A DNA stretch of 64,000 bases, taken from contig JBNZDD010013326.1 in the NCBI GenBank assembly GCA_050575255.1, positions 1-64,000 of the forward strand. Direction: 5' to 3'. The notes under the pieces were generated by a model. That model was not told the origin of the DNA. It saw only the letters and a program-made list of their open reading frames with translations, and searched no databases. Source of the DNA: Harriotta raleighana (lineage: Eukaryota). Below, in pieces: positions 13,001 to 28,000 of this stretch (its first letter is position 1; each line of letters starts with the position of its first letter). The position numbers were made by a program, and so were the translations under genes.

Positions 13001-16000
13001 TAGGGACAGGACTCCAAGGTATCCCTGGAAGACGCAAACAAATGTTTGTCAGACAGGAATATTCAGGATAATCACATCTTCAGTGGATTACAGATGATCA
13101 CGTCTTCTGCGAACTGAAATGTATCCCAGCAGAGGTCAGATGCACAAACTCCAGTTGCATTCACCTTCATAATGCAGGATTACTGATTGCTCCTCACTTA
13201 GCATTTCTCCATTGTAATCTTCATCTGCCCTGTGACTGCCCATCTTACCAGTCTGTCTATGTCTTCTTGCAGTCTGAATGCTGTCATGCTATTTAGAAAT
13301 CTATCCAGCTTAATATTAGCTGTAAACTTGGAAAATGTACTTCTTAAACCTAACATTAGTCAATCTTACCCATCTGATCAATAGTAAATACATTCTGCAG
13401 CTCCTGGGTTCTACATACAGTAAACATGGTGCTCACTCACCAGATGTTTTAGTTGTCAAAGAGGCTGAGAAAATAATGAGCAAAAGTTAATAATATAGGA
13501 AATAAGAGCCGGCCAGAAAACACATTTCTGATCCCAGCACTGAATTCAAATATCCCAAACTACACTACAGTCCATAATGTAATGTGAAATTTCTGGCTCC
13601 AATCCAGCACTTATATGTCAAGCTTAGTGTGAGACATATGAGGTGCTGCTGCTCTCTCGTTTGCTACTCAATTACCAGACTATTTTAAGAGCTGTATGAA
13701 GTTGATAATAAAAAGCAACTCACTTGTAGTGACGTAATTTGAAGGTCTACCTGGAAAACAAAAGCAAACGCCAATCAGATTGGAAGATTTAAGGAAATCA
13801 CTGGATATTTGAGAATATGATCAATCATGCAGTAAAATGGGAACCATAATAATAATCTTTGCATTTAATGACCTTATCGTGACTTCAAGCTGTCTGATTG
13901 CATATTATGTGGGAAAAATACAGCTGCCAGTTATGCACAGCAGTGTCCCACAAAGGGGCCTGGATTGTGCAACCCAATTATTAATATAGTAGTTTTTTAA
14001 ATAAATCATTACACCTGAAAAAGCAAACCACTGATCATCCAATATCCAAGTTTGTACTTACTACAGTAAAACTTTGTTTATCCGGCACGCTTGGGGTGGG
14101 GTCGACGAATTGACGGTGCCGGATAAACAGGGAGAAGTCGCCGAAAACTCGACATGAAAACTTAACTTAATTTAAAACATACCATGTTAATAATACACTA
14201 CATAGTAACAGAATATTGTATGGAGACATACCAACAAAGCATTCTAGCAGAATCGCAAAAAAATCGGTAACACTGCATTTTGTAACCAATCAGTAAAAAG
14301 CTTAAGTGCGTAAGTTTAATAAGTGAGCATGCGCACGCATTGCACGCATGCACAAAGTGAGCAAACTCGTGATTCTGGAATGGGGAATTGTCCTGGTAGG
14401 GGATCGAGCAATTGAATCGAGTCACGGTTGTTCGGGTCATGGATAAACAAGGTTTTACTGTATTAGGTTATCTGAAGCATGAAGCAAAAGGAATCTACTC
14501 AACAGTTTGCAATGCTGGGAATTTAACCCAGGTTTCTCGCTTGTGAGTTATTTGCTCTAGTCACTGAACTGCAGGAATCCATCAAATTGAAAATTAAATT
14601 CAGACACTGCTGGGAATTACACTTGTCCAAACACACAACAAATAAAACCTGCATTCAGAAAAATCATATAAGAACCTAAGAATTAGGAGCACAAGTAGGC
14701 CGTTTAGCCCTTCGAGCCTGCCCCACCATTCAATAAGATTATGGCTGATCTTCTGGCCTAACTCTAATTACCTGCCCTATCCCCATATCCCCTAATCAAG
14801 GACCAAGCATCTATAGCCTTCTGGGGTAGTGAATAAATTCACTACGCTCTGAGTGAAGAAATGTCTCTTCAACTCTGTTCTAAAAGTCTGACACTTAATT
14901 TTAAGACAGTGACTCCTGGTTATAGATTCTCCTACCAGGGAAAACAGTGTCTCAGTGTCTACTTTATCCAGCCCTTTCAGAATCTTATATGTTTCAATAA
15001 GATCCCCACTAATTCCTCTGTAAACTCTCGAGATTACAGCCCTAGTTCATTCAACCTATCCTCATAGGTCAGTCCCCTCATCCCAGGAACTAACCTAGTG
15101 AATCTACGCTGCATCCCATTTAAGGCAAGTATGTTCTTTTTTAAATAAGGAGACCAAAACTGCACACAATACTCTAGAGCAGACACCCCAAAGCCCTATA
15201 CAGTTGCAGCAAGACATCACTACTATTGCACTCTAAACGTTTTGAAATAAACACTAGCATGCCATTCGCCCTCTTAGTTGCTTGCTGCACCTGCAAACTA
15301 ACTTTTTGAGACTGGTGTACAAGGACACCCTTTGAATACTAACAATAGTTAAACTCTCTCCTTCGATAAAATAATCTGTTCTTGTATTTTTCCTACCTAG
15401 GGGAATAATTTCACACTTGCCAACATTAAATTCCATCAATCCAAACATTCAACTACAAAACCTAGCACTGAGTCGTTCTCACTGCTCTCTGCAATTAATA
15501 TGTGGAACATATAACAAGCGCGTTTCTCACCTATCGGCAACTGTTCAGGAAAGCTTGCTGAGAAAGAAAAAAAGCAAAGTCACTGCTGCAGGTACTGAAA
15601 GCTGACAACACAAACACAAATTGACTCCAGAACACAGTACAAACATCACAAGCAACTTCCTATTGTTCGGGGTGTTAGGATTGTGTTCTGGTGTCAGTGT
15701 TCTACAGTCACTAGACATTATCATACTGATCATATTGATCTTCACAGTCGTACTGATTTTCACAGTTTATGATCAGAGTCAAACACCTCAATCCAATTCC
15801 CAACCTAAGACAACCAGGAATTCTAGATTTCAAAGTACCAGTTGTGTTTTGAAAGTAATAGACCGACTCACAGAATGGCTTGTAAGGCTCAACTGCAAAA
15901 GACAGAAAAGATCATTTACATTGAAACAGCCTAACCAAAGATTACACACTTGATGAGATAACATAAGAACATAAGAACTAGCAGCAGGAGAAGGCCATTT

Positions 16001-19000
16001 GGCCGCTTGAGCCTGGCCCGCCATTCAATAAGATCATGGCTGATCTACTAATCTATCTCCACCTATCCGCCTTATCCCCATATCCCTTTATCTCTTTCTC
16101 CAAAAGGAATCTATCAATCTCAGTCTTGAAAATGTTCAAGTACTGAGCATCTACAGCCCTTTGGGGAAGAGAATTCCATAAATTTACTACCCACTGGTTA
16201 TAGTTCCTCCACCACTATCTCGTATGTCATGCCCATTAATTATCTTATAGGTTTCTATAAGATCACTTCTAATTCTTCTGTTAATTTGAAATGAATTGAA
16301 TGACGGACTCCACCATTGATAGGGAAACTGTCAGTGTATTCCGTACTGCCAGAGTTGAGATTTAGACCAAGCAATTTAATTGTATATGTGAATATCAATA
16401 AAATCATGTAATCAATTCATACTATACAGAAGAATCCCAATCAATGCATTGTGTTTAAACCAGCTCTTTTAAAAGACCTATGCAAATCAGTCTCACAGAC
16501 CCGCTCCCTCTGCATATCCCTGAAAGCTTGTCCTCCCCAAATAATTATCTAATATTTAATGATATAGACCCTAATTCCTCCCTGCTGCATTATAAACCTT
16601 AAGAATGTACCATTCATCTTATATTTCTTCTCCTCACTCATCCTCCCAAAATGCTTGACTTTGCATTTCTCCACATTAAACTTGATCTATCGCATCTCTA
16701 CACATTCCACAATCTGTCCATGTCTTCTTCCAGTCTGGCTACGATTCTCACCATTAACTGCTCTTCCTAGCACAGTATCATCTGCGATTTTGGAAATTCT
16801 ACTGCCTATACTCAAGTCCATGTCATTATACAGTCAACGGTTCATTGGTCAATACGTTCTGAATTTCCTGGGCTGTAAGAACAGTAAACACGGGGCTCAC
16901 TCACCAGTTGTTTTGGGTGGGGGAGACGCTGGGAAAATAATGGACAGGGTCACAATGACAGAAGGTGAAAGAATCCTAGGATAATATGCATCTGATCTCA
17001 GAACTGAATACAAATATCCCAAACTACATGCCATTTAATCAGGAAATGTGCAGCTACTGGCTCCATTCCAACACGAATATTAAGCTTTACCTGAGGCAAA
17101 TACAAGGTAGTGCAGCTCTTTTGCTTGTTACCCGATATAAAGTCCATTTTAAGGCCGCAACTTGAGCTGCATGAAGCTGATATCAAGAAGTGACTCACTT
17201 TGAGGGAAGTGACCCCAAGGTCTCCCTGGAAAACACAAACAAACATTAGTCAGGTGGGAAGTGTAAATGTCTGGATATTGGAGAGTATATAGAAAGAAAT
17301 TGGCTCACAACAACACATCGGATTCCATCTGACATCTGAATTCAAGTTTCCCAAATTCCATCCCATCCCATCATGCAGAGGGGTATTGCTGGCTCCAGTC
17401 TGACACTTCAATACCAATCTTCATCTGAGGCCAATACAAGGTGATGCTGCTCTCTCGTTTACTACTCAATATCAAGGCCATTTTAAGGCTGCAACTTTAA
17501 CTGTGTGAAGCAGGTGTTAAAAAACAACTATTTTGTGAGCAAAATACAATCAATAATCGCTCACATTGGTTTAACAGAAATAGACATGGAATCAATGACA
17601 AAATCATTATAATTTTTTTTCAAAGGATTCTTGTTCCCAATTTACTACTGGGTTAACAGAGGGATTCTTGGAAGAGGGAAACTTAAATTATTAATGAATT
17701 ATTTACCCTGCCACCAAATCCTGGTGCTTTCACTTGCGAGGCTAGCGTCCATACAAGAGTTGAAAGTTAGTTGAAATAAGATAATTTTTCACGTGAATCT
17801 CAATATGACGGTTAACATATTCTGCATTTCTGGACTGTAAGTACAGTAAATACGAGGTTCACTCACCAGTTCTTTTAGGTGTGGGAGGGGCTGAGAAAGT
17901 AAGGGGTAAAGGTCACTACTACAGGCAGTGAAAACCAACAAGGCGAACACACATCTGATCCCAGCACTGAATTCAAACATCCCAAACTACACCCCAGTCT
18001 GTCATGCAATGCATAATTAATGGCTCCAATCAAACACTTCAATACAAGCTACTCTGGAGGCAAAGATTGTGCTGCTCCAAAATATCAACAACCAAATTAT
18101 ACACAGGAAGCGCCTTCCATGGCATGAGGACATTGCAAGGTTCAGAACAATCGAAGATCAGAACAAGAGCATGGATGGGGCCAGGATTGAGATGAGCGAG
18201 AGCTCCTGATACCACGATAAAGGAGGGTCTTGAGTCGAGCCTTGAACAACAACAAAAAATTATACTTCTATAGTGCCTTCCACATTGGGAGGACAACCTA
18301 ATATGCTGTACATTATTTTAGGCCTGCATTGGGATCGTGGATGGTGATGGGAATGCAATGCCACGACAAAGAGGATGGATTTCAGGGGGACTCAAAATAG
18401 GCTAGGGAGGGGGTGAGGCGGATGGATTTTGTCATGGAATTCCAAATATTGGGGGCAGAGTGACAAAATGCATGCCCATCAATGATGGGACAGGTGAGTC
18501 GGTGAACGTGGAGAAGACCGGATCCTGCTAAGAGGAGCAAGAGACCAGTTGGTAGGGTTTTCAGAGGTCACAGATGTAGGATGGTGCAAGGCCATGTAGG
18601 GCCTTCAAGGTGAGGACCAGAATTTCAAATTGAAACCTCTGAGTATTGGGGAGCAAGAGTCAAGCAAGAATATGAGTGATAGATCAGTAGAGCCTGGTGC
18701 GAGAAACAACATGGGCTAGGATTACCTAGATGAACTCCTGACCATTTGTGACCAGGGATCTCTCTGCCTCCTCGTCCTTTCCACCACCTTCGACACCGTG
18801 GACCACTCAATCAAACTCCACCACCTTTCTTCCCAACTAAAACTTCAAGGTTCTGTACTCGACTGATTCTGATCCTATCTGTCACATTGCTTCATGTTTG
18901 TGTCCGCCAATGGCTTTTCCTCCAGACCGCGCATTGCATCATGCCACATTCCTCAAAACTCTGTCCTTCATCACCTCTCAGCCGCATTCAATACGGTCAA

Positions 19001-22000
19001 CCACTCTATCCTCCTCCACCGCCTGTCCTCCCACCTCAACCTTCAAGGCCCTGTCCTTAAGTGGTTTAGGTCCTACCTCTCCCACCGTCTTCACATCATA
19101 TCCTCCAATGGCTTTTCCTCCAGCCCCCGCACTGTCTCGTGTGGCCTCCCTCAGGGCTCTGTCCTCGGTCCTCTCCTCTTCACCCTCTATATGCTCCCCC
19201 TTGGTGACATCACCCACAGACATGGGGTTAACTTCCACATGTATGTGGATAACACCCAACTCTACCTTTCTTCCTCTACCCTCAACTCCACGACTACTGA
19301 TGTCCTGACAGCCTACCTGTCTGACATCAAGTCCTGGACGAGAGATAACTTTCTTCAGCTCAATGTCCGGAAAACTGAGGCCATCCTGATTGGCTCACGT
19401 CAGTGCCTCCGCAACTCGGGTGCTGACAGCATCAGCATCCAAGGCTGCACTCTCCACCTCGCAAAGCCAGTCAGGAACCTCATTGTTCTATTTGACCCTG
19501 AGCTGTCCTTTCTCCCCCACATCCGCGCCACAACTAGCANATTATACACAGGAAGCGCCTTCCATGGCATGAGGACATTGCAAGGTTCAGAACAATCGAA
19601 GATCAGAACAAGAGCATGGATGGGGCCAGGATTGAGATGAGCGAGAGCTCCTGATACCACGATAAAGGAGGGTCTTGAGTCGAGCCTTGAACAACAACAA
19701 AAAATTATACTTCTATAGTGCCTTCCACATTGGGAGGACAACCTAATATGCTGTACATTATTTTAGGCCTGCATTGGGATCGTGGATGGTGATGGGAATG
19801 CAATGCCACGACAAAGAGGATGGATTTCAGGGGGACTCAAAATAGGCTAGGGAGGGGGTGAGGCGGATGGATTTTGTCATGGAATTCCAAATATTGGGGG
19901 CAGAGTGACAAAATGCATGCCCATCAATGATGGGACAGGTGAGTCGGTGAACGTGGAGAAGACCGGATCCTGCTAAGAGGAGCAAGAGACCAGTTGGTAG
20001 GGTTTTCAGAGGTCACAGATGTAGGATGGTGCAAGGCCATGTAGGGCCTTCAAGGTGAGGACCAGAATTTCAAATTGAAACCTCTGAGTATTGGGGAGCA
20101 AGAGTCAAGCAAGAATATGAGTGATAGATCAGTAGAGCCTGGTGCGAGAAACAACATGGGCTAGGATTACCTAGATGAACTCCTGACCATTTGTGACCAG
20201 GGATCTCTCTGCCTCCTCGTCCTTTCCACCACCTTCGACACCGTGGACCACTCAATCAAACTCCACCACCTTTCTTCCCAACTAAAACTTCAAGGTTCTG
20301 TACTCGACTGATTCTGATCCTATCTGTCACATTGCTTCATGTTTGTGTCCGCCAATGGCTTTTCCTCCAGACCGCGCATTGCATCATGCCACATTCCTCA
20401 AAACTCTGTCCTTCATCACCTCTCAGCCGCATTCAATACGGTCAACCACTCTATCCTCCTCCACCGCCTGTCCTCCCACCTCAACCTTCAAGGCCCTGTC
20501 CTTAAGTGGTTTAGGTCCTACCTCTCCCACCGTCTTCACATCATATCCTCCAATGGCTTTTCCTCCAGCCCCCGCACTGTCTCGTGTGGCCTCCCTCAGG
20601 GCTCTGTCCTCGGTCCTCTTCTCTTCACCCTCTGTATGCTCCCCCTTGGTGACATCACCCACAGACATGGGGTTAACTTCCACATGTATGTGGATAACAC
20701 CCAACTCTACCTTTCTTCCTCTACCCTCAACTCCACGACTACTGATGTCCTGACAGCCTACCTGTCTGACATCAAGTCCTGGACGAGAGATAACTTTCTT
20801 CAGCTCAATGTCCGGAAAACTGAGGCCATCCTGATTGGCTCACGTCAGTGCCTCCGCAACTCGGGTGCTGACAGCATCAGCATCCAAGGCTGCACTCTCC
20901 ACCTCGCAAAGCCAGTCAGGAACCTCATTGTTCTATTTGACCCTGAGCTGTCCTTTCTCCCCCACATCCGCGCCACAACTAGCACTGCCTTCCACCACCT
21001 CCGGAACATTGCTGGACTATGACACTGCCTCACTCCTCACGCTCCTGTAACACTAGTTCACGCCTTCCTCACCTCAAGGCTGGACTATGGGAACTCTCGC
21101 CTCGTCGGCCTTCCAGGTTCCTCCATCCATAAGCTGCAGGTCATCCAGAACTCTGCAGCTCGTATACTCTCCCGCACCAGGCTTTGTGACCACATCACTC
21201 CCTCCCTTGCCCATCTCCACTGGTTCCCCATCCCCCAGAGGATCGAATTCAAGATCCTCATTCTTACCTACAAGGCCATTTACGGCCTTGCTCCCTCCTA
21301 CCTCTCCGACCTACTATCCCCCTATCTTCCTGCCCGTAACCTCCGTTCCTCTGGCTCTGGTCTGCTCCACATCTACTGCCCTAACCACCCTACCATCGGC
21401 GGCCGGGCTTTCAGCCGCTCAGCCCCCAGTCTCTGAAACTCCATCCCCCAGTGCCTTCGCCTCGCTTCCTCCCTTTCCTCCTTCAAGGCCGGTCTCAAGA
21501 TCTTTCTCTTCAACCGTGCCTTCAGCTCCCCTCTTGACTCTTTACCCCCTCCTCGCTCCCTCCTTCCCCTCCCCTCGCACTAATCATTTCCCCCTGCTTG
21601 GGTCTTAAACCAACTGTCCAGCGCCTTGGGACATCCTCCCGACGTGAATTGCGCTCTATAAATGCAATCTTGTTGTTCTTGTTGTTGTTGAGTCCTGGTT
21701 GAGGGACAACTTTCTCCAGTTGAATGTCTGGAAAACCGATGCCCTCCTGATTGGCTTGCATCAAGGACTGGCCAAGGACTGGTGTAATCAGGGAGCGAAG
21801 TTTGGTACAGGTGAGAATGCGGGCGGTAGAATTTTGGATAACCTGGATTTTATGAATGGAAGCAGAGGGGAGAATGGGGAGGAGGGAATTGGATAGTCCC
21901 CCCACCGCTCAGGTCCCAACCTTACTGTTCTGCGCTTTGGGATGTTCTCCCGACCCGTAAGGCACTATACAAGTGTAATTTTGTTGTTGTTGTAGTCCGG

Positions 22001-25000
22001 CCGAGGTGACAAAAGCATGGATCAGGGTTTCAGTGGCTTTTGGGCTGGAGACGGACAATGTGTTGGAGATCGAAGAAGGTGGTGCTGGTTAAGGACCAGA
22101 TGTGGAGGAAGAAGAATAATTGGGGGTCGAACCTAACGCCTAGGTTGCATACGGCTTCAGAGAGTTTTAGGGCCAGGTCGGGTATGTGGAGGAGGTGAGA
22201 GCCATAGGAGTGAAGCCAAAGAGTATGCCTTTGATATCATGAACATATAGCTGAACTTTGCGCTCATCCAGCTCCTGATGTTTGACAGGCAAACTGACAG
22301 AGCATCAGGGGACAGGGGCTTGCAAATTGAGGTGGAAAAATAGAGTTGGGTAACATCCACCTACATGAGAAAGCATACCTCATGTCTGAAGCTGACATCA
22401 TCAAGAGGGAGCATCCACGCCGTAATAATAATAATAATCATAATATTAGTCATAATAATGATAATCTTTGCATTTGAGATGTCTCTTCTAGATGCTTCAT
22501 AAAATATACTGTAAAGTTAAGTGAGTGTATAATTGTGGGCGAAACACGGCAACCAATTGTGCACAGAGTGTCCCACAAACAGTCATGGAATGAAATGACC
22601 GATTTTATTATGGTTTCTATTTGATTATTATTAGGAATGTGAAGTAAGGAAATTTGCCTTGCGTGGATTCGACCATGGAAACATGCCATAGAGACCTATA
22701 GATCAGTGGTTAGACTACCCCTCAAGCTGCTGAAACCCTTCTCCATGATTCGTCACATCAAGGTCCGACTATGAAAACTCTCTCCTCATCTGACTTCCCA
22801 GCTCTTCTCTTCATCAAGAACTCTGCAGCTTGCATCCTCTCTGACACTGAGCTCGGCGACCACATCACTCCCACCCTCAATCAGCTCTATTTGCTCCTGA
22901 TCCCCCAGAAGGATCGAATTCAAGTTTCAACTACATGTTCACCACCTGACCTGCCCTACCATCGGTCAACAGTCTTTGAACCTCTAATCACCCACACTGT
23001 AGAACTCCATCCATAGTCCCTTTGACTGATTTCCTCCCTGGTCTCCTTCATGGCCGGTCTCAAGACTCTCCTCTTTGATCGTGCCTTCTGCTGCCCTCCC
23101 AACTGCTTCACTCTCCAACTTATTCACTTACTTCCCTCCCCTATAAGCTCCCTATAAGTGTAATCTAACTGTTCAGTACTATGGGATGTTCTCCTGAAGA
23201 GAAAGAAGCTCTATAAATGCATTTTTGTTGTTGTTTGGAGCCGGTCAGTGCCTGAAGTGCACAGGTGGTGGCACAATCAGGGGTCTCTCAGCCCTGTTGA
23301 CATTTAACTTCATAAAGTTAGATCTTATCCAGGACGATGTCTGACAAATTATGAGGGAGAAGCTAAGTAATCATCCATTTCTAAGTTTACTCCATGTCTT
23401 TGGATGATGCCACCAACATATGGAGGTTAATGAGAAGGGCACTTGGGAACAGACCCAGTAGATCATTACTTGAGAATTTGAGGAGATGTAAGAGAAACTT
23501 TTGACAGAGAAAAATTAGAGAGATCTAAGAAATGAGGCCTGAACCATTCAACGACAGAAGATTGAGGTGAGATGAGAGGCAGTGGAAGAGGAAGGAGTTG
23601 TCCATTATAACAACAAAGAAGCCACAGGTCTTTTTAATGCTGTAACTTTAGCTGTGGGAAGCAGGTATTTAAATCGACTCACTTGTATGGACGTAATTCC
23701 AAGGTCTCCCTGGAAAGTACAACTAAATGTTAGTCAAACAGGAATATCAAACAGAATTACTGGGTGTTGGAGACTATGAAAGAATAAATGGCTCAGAACA
23801 AAATGCAGAACATATCCTGGAAAATAACACTTGTGCAAACACACAACAAATAGAACATGTGTATACGAAAACCACAAGTTCAGTGGATTATAGATGATCA
23901 AATCTTCTGCAAACTGAAATATATCCCAGCGGAGTGTTCAGATGCACAAACCCCACTTGCATTTCTCCATATTAAACTTCATCTGCCCTGTGTCTGCTGA
24001 TTTTACCCATCTGTCTATGTCTTCTTGAAGTCTGCTCCTATCATCCTCGCTATTTGCTGCTCTTCCCAGCTTAGTATCATTTGCAAAGTTGGAAAGTGTA
24101 CTTCCAAAACCTACGTCCATCTTATTCTGGTCAATAATAAATGCCTTCTACAGCTCCTGGCTTCTACGTACAGTAATCATGGTGCTCACTCACCGGATGA
24201 TTTAGTTGCTGAGGAAGTAATGAGCAAAAGTTAATAAGATAGGAAATAAAACACAACAAGGAAAACAAACATCTGATTACCATACTGAATTCAAATATCC
24301 CAAACTACATTACAGTCCATGATGCAATGTGGAATTTCTGGCTCCAATCCAACACTTACATATCAAGCTTAGTGTGAGACATATACAAAGTCATTTCTCA
24401 TTTGCTAGTCAATATCTAGATCATTGTAAGAGCTTTATGAAGTAGATTTAACAAAGCAACTCACTTGCAGGGGTGTAATTTGAAGGTCCACCTGGAAAAC
24501 ACAAGCAAACGTTAATCAGATTCGAAGACCAAAGGAAATCACTGGATATTTGAGAATATAATGATTCAAGTAGTTCACGGTAAAATGGGTGAAATGCAAT
24601 AATCAATTGCACACAGCAGTTTCTGGGAACTGGGAATTGTATATTTAAATGACATTTAACTTATTCAGCAGCAGTTAGGTTTGGAAACTAGTAAACAACT
24701 CACGGAATGGCTTGTAAGGCTCAACTGCAAAAGAGAGAAAAGATCATTTGACATGAAACAGGCAAAATAAGGATGACACACGTTACGTTATAACAAATTA
24801 ACTTCAAATGAATTGAACGATTGACTCCAAAAGATACAAACATAGTCAGTATAATACAAGAGTTGAATCTTAGACCAAACAACATAAATCTGCCCGTCAA
24901 TCTCAATATGTTGGTCAGTATATTCTGCTTTTTCTCCACCGTAAGAACAGTAAATATGGGGTAAACTCACCAGTTGTTTTAGCTCTGGGAGGGGCTGAGA

Positions 25001-28000
25001 ACGTAAGTAGCAAAGGTCAGTACTACAGGAAACCAAGAATGAAAACACACATCTCATCCCAGCACTGAATTCAAATATCCCAAACTACACTCCAATCTAT
25101 CATGCAATGGGCAATTACTTGATCCAGTTGAATATTTCAATACCAAACTACATCTGAGCAAAGGTTGTGCTGCTCTCCCAACAACAACAAAATTATACAA
25201 ATAAAGCACCTTTCACAGTGGGAGGACATCCTATCTGGACAGACATTTGGACCCAATCTGGGAGGGTGCAGGTGGATTGTGACTGATGGTCTGGTCAAAG
25301 AGGATTGTCGTGAAGTGGGACATGAAGGAGGCTAGGTAGGTGGTGAGACAGAGCAATTGTGGGGTGGAATTCCAAATGTTGGGGGTTGAGTGGCAGAAGT
25401 GTGAACTGACAGATGTGCTTTGATGACACCCAACTCTATCTCTCTGCCGGACGCTGACTAGCTGTTGGACATCAGGTCCTGGAAGGGAACTAGCTTTCTA
25501 AAGTTAAATGTCAACAATACTGAGGACCAACTGATAGGCTCATGCTAGCTACCATTCAAGGACAGAACATGCAAGATTGAGGGGAGAAGACAACTAGTGC
25601 AGGAGGACAGAGGGGTCGAAGGCAGCAAAGAGATTGCAGGCCAATTTAAGGCTGCAACTTCAGCTCTGTGTAACAGGTATTTGAAAGCAACTCACTTGTA
25701 TGAATGGGAGTCCAAGGTCTCCCTGTAAAAGACAAACAAATGTTAGTCAGACAGGAATATCAAAGGAAATTACTGGGGATTAGAGAATATAAAATTATAA
25801 ATGCTGGCAATGTTTAGTGGATAACAGATGGAGATATCTTCTGCAAAATTATATGTATCCCAGCGGAGAGGTCAGATTCACAAACTCCATTTGCATTCAC
25901 CTTCATTGTGTAGGGTTAATGATTGATCCTCACTTTGCAATTCAGCACACAAAATTTTATCTGCCCTGTGTCTGCCCATTTTACCAATCTGTCTATGTCT
26001 CCTTGCAGTCTATTATAATATTGTTTACTATTCTACCCATGTTAGTATTTTCTGCAAATTTCGAAAATATACTTCCTAAACCCAAATTCAACATTTTGAT
26101 CTTGTCAATAGTAAATACATTCTGCAGTTCCTGGGTTCTAAGTGGATTATGAGGTGGTGCTGCTCTCTCGTGTGCTACTCAATATCCAGACCATTTTAAG
26201 AGCTCCATGAAGCAGATATAACAAAGCAACTCACTTGTAGGGATGTAATTCGAAGGTCCACCTGGAAAATACAAGCAAACGCCAATCAGATTGGAAGACC
26301 AAAGCAAATCACTGGGTATTGGAGATTATAATGAATCAAGCAGCTCATAGTAAAATGGGGATCATGATAATAATCCTTGCCTTTGCATCATGTCTTCAAA
26401 CCATCTGAAAGTGCTTCAAAGAATATACTGTAAACTGAATTGATTGCATATTATATGGGAGAAACGTATCTACCAGTTATGCACAGCAGTGTCCCATGAA
26501 GGGTTCTGAATTGAGCAACCCAATTATTAATAGATTTTTAAAGGAATCATTACCCCTGAAAAAGAAAACCACCATCCGCCTAATATCCAAGATGCTACTT
26601 ACTTCTAGGTTACCCAAGGTGTGTTGCATAAGGAAACGTGCCCAACAGTTTGCATGGCTGGGAATTGAACCAAGATTTCTCGCTTTTGAGTCAAATTCTT
26701 TACCACTGAGCTGCAGGTATCCATCATATTGATCCAACACAAACCCCGCTCACTTACCCCTTCAACATGTAGGATTACTGATTGCTCTAAACATTCAAGT
26801 AACAAATTCAGCACCAAGACAATATTCTCACTGCTCCCTGCAATTGATATGCAAAGTATATAACAAGCGTCTGTCTCACCTTTTGGCCTCTGTTCAGGAA
26901 GTCTTGCTGAGAAAGAAAGAAAGGAAAGTCACTGCTGCAGTACCTGAAAGCTGACAACACAAACACACACTGACTCTAGAACACAGTCCAAACGCTGCAA
27001 ACAACTTGCTATTTTGCACTGAATTTCACTTTCCCTGATCAGAGCCAAACACATCAATCCAATTCTCAACCCAAGGCAACTAGGAATTCTATAATTCAAA
27101 GCAGTTTAACACTTTGACCACCAGTTTGTTTGGAAAGTAACAAATGACTCATGGAATGGCTTGTAAGGGGGAAATGCAAAAGACAGAAAAGATCATTTAC
27201 AGTGAAACAGGCCAAACATAGATTACACAGTTGATGTGTTAATAAATTAAACTGCAACAAATTGAACGATGGACTCCATCATTGATAGGCATCCTCTCGG
27301 TGTGTTGCCAAATTTGAAATTTAGACCAAGTATCTTAATTCTACACGTGAATCTCAATATTTTCACAGCAATATATAGCACACAGGCAGGCCTTTTGAGA
27401 TATCTAAACCAGCTCTTTCAATCTTATCCAAATCAATCTTACAGCCTGCTCTCTACTCAGGGGCCTGAAAACTTCTCCTCCCAAAATAATTACCCAATAT
27501 TTGCTTATATAGATGCTAAGGTCTCACTGCTATGTTACTCTTTAAGATTGTACCACTCAGCTAATGTTGGCTCTCCTTATTCTTCCTCCGAAAATCCAGG
27601 TCTATGCATTTTTCCATGTTAATCTTCATCTGCCACTTGTCTGCCCATACCACCAGTCTGTCTGTGTCCTTGGAGTCTGGCTATCATTTGCCTCATCATT
27701 TACAGCACATCGTAACTTGGAATCATCTGCAATATTGGAAATTGTACTCCCTGTACCCAAGGTCATGTCATTATATGATCATAATACATTCTGAATTTCC
27801 TGGGCTGTAAGCACAGTAAATGTGGGACTCACTCACCAGTAGTTTTGGTTGGGGAAATGGCTGAGAAAATAAGAAGCAATGGTCACTAAGTGAAAGACTC
27901 CATGGAAAACAAACATCTGATCGCAGTACTGAATACAAATATCCCAAACTACACACCAGTCCATCATGAAATGTGCCATTGCTGGCTCGTCTCACACTTG

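Noticed and set aside
18096-20984. Apparent recent 1.4-kb tandem duplication and the chimeric 248-aa ORF 18894..19640
   Set aside because: The junction is a single N and the copies differ at about 2 sites, typical of an unmerged contig or haplotype overlap.
26597-26650. Strong donor-like GTAAGTAG (also ~43040) as a further cassette family
   Set aside because: No AG acceptor at a frame-preserving distance, and it lies inside a SINE-like remnant.
26655-26715. tRNA-like A/B boxes
   Set aside because: Degenerate and attached to a repeated body; better explained as a SINE head than a tRNA gene.
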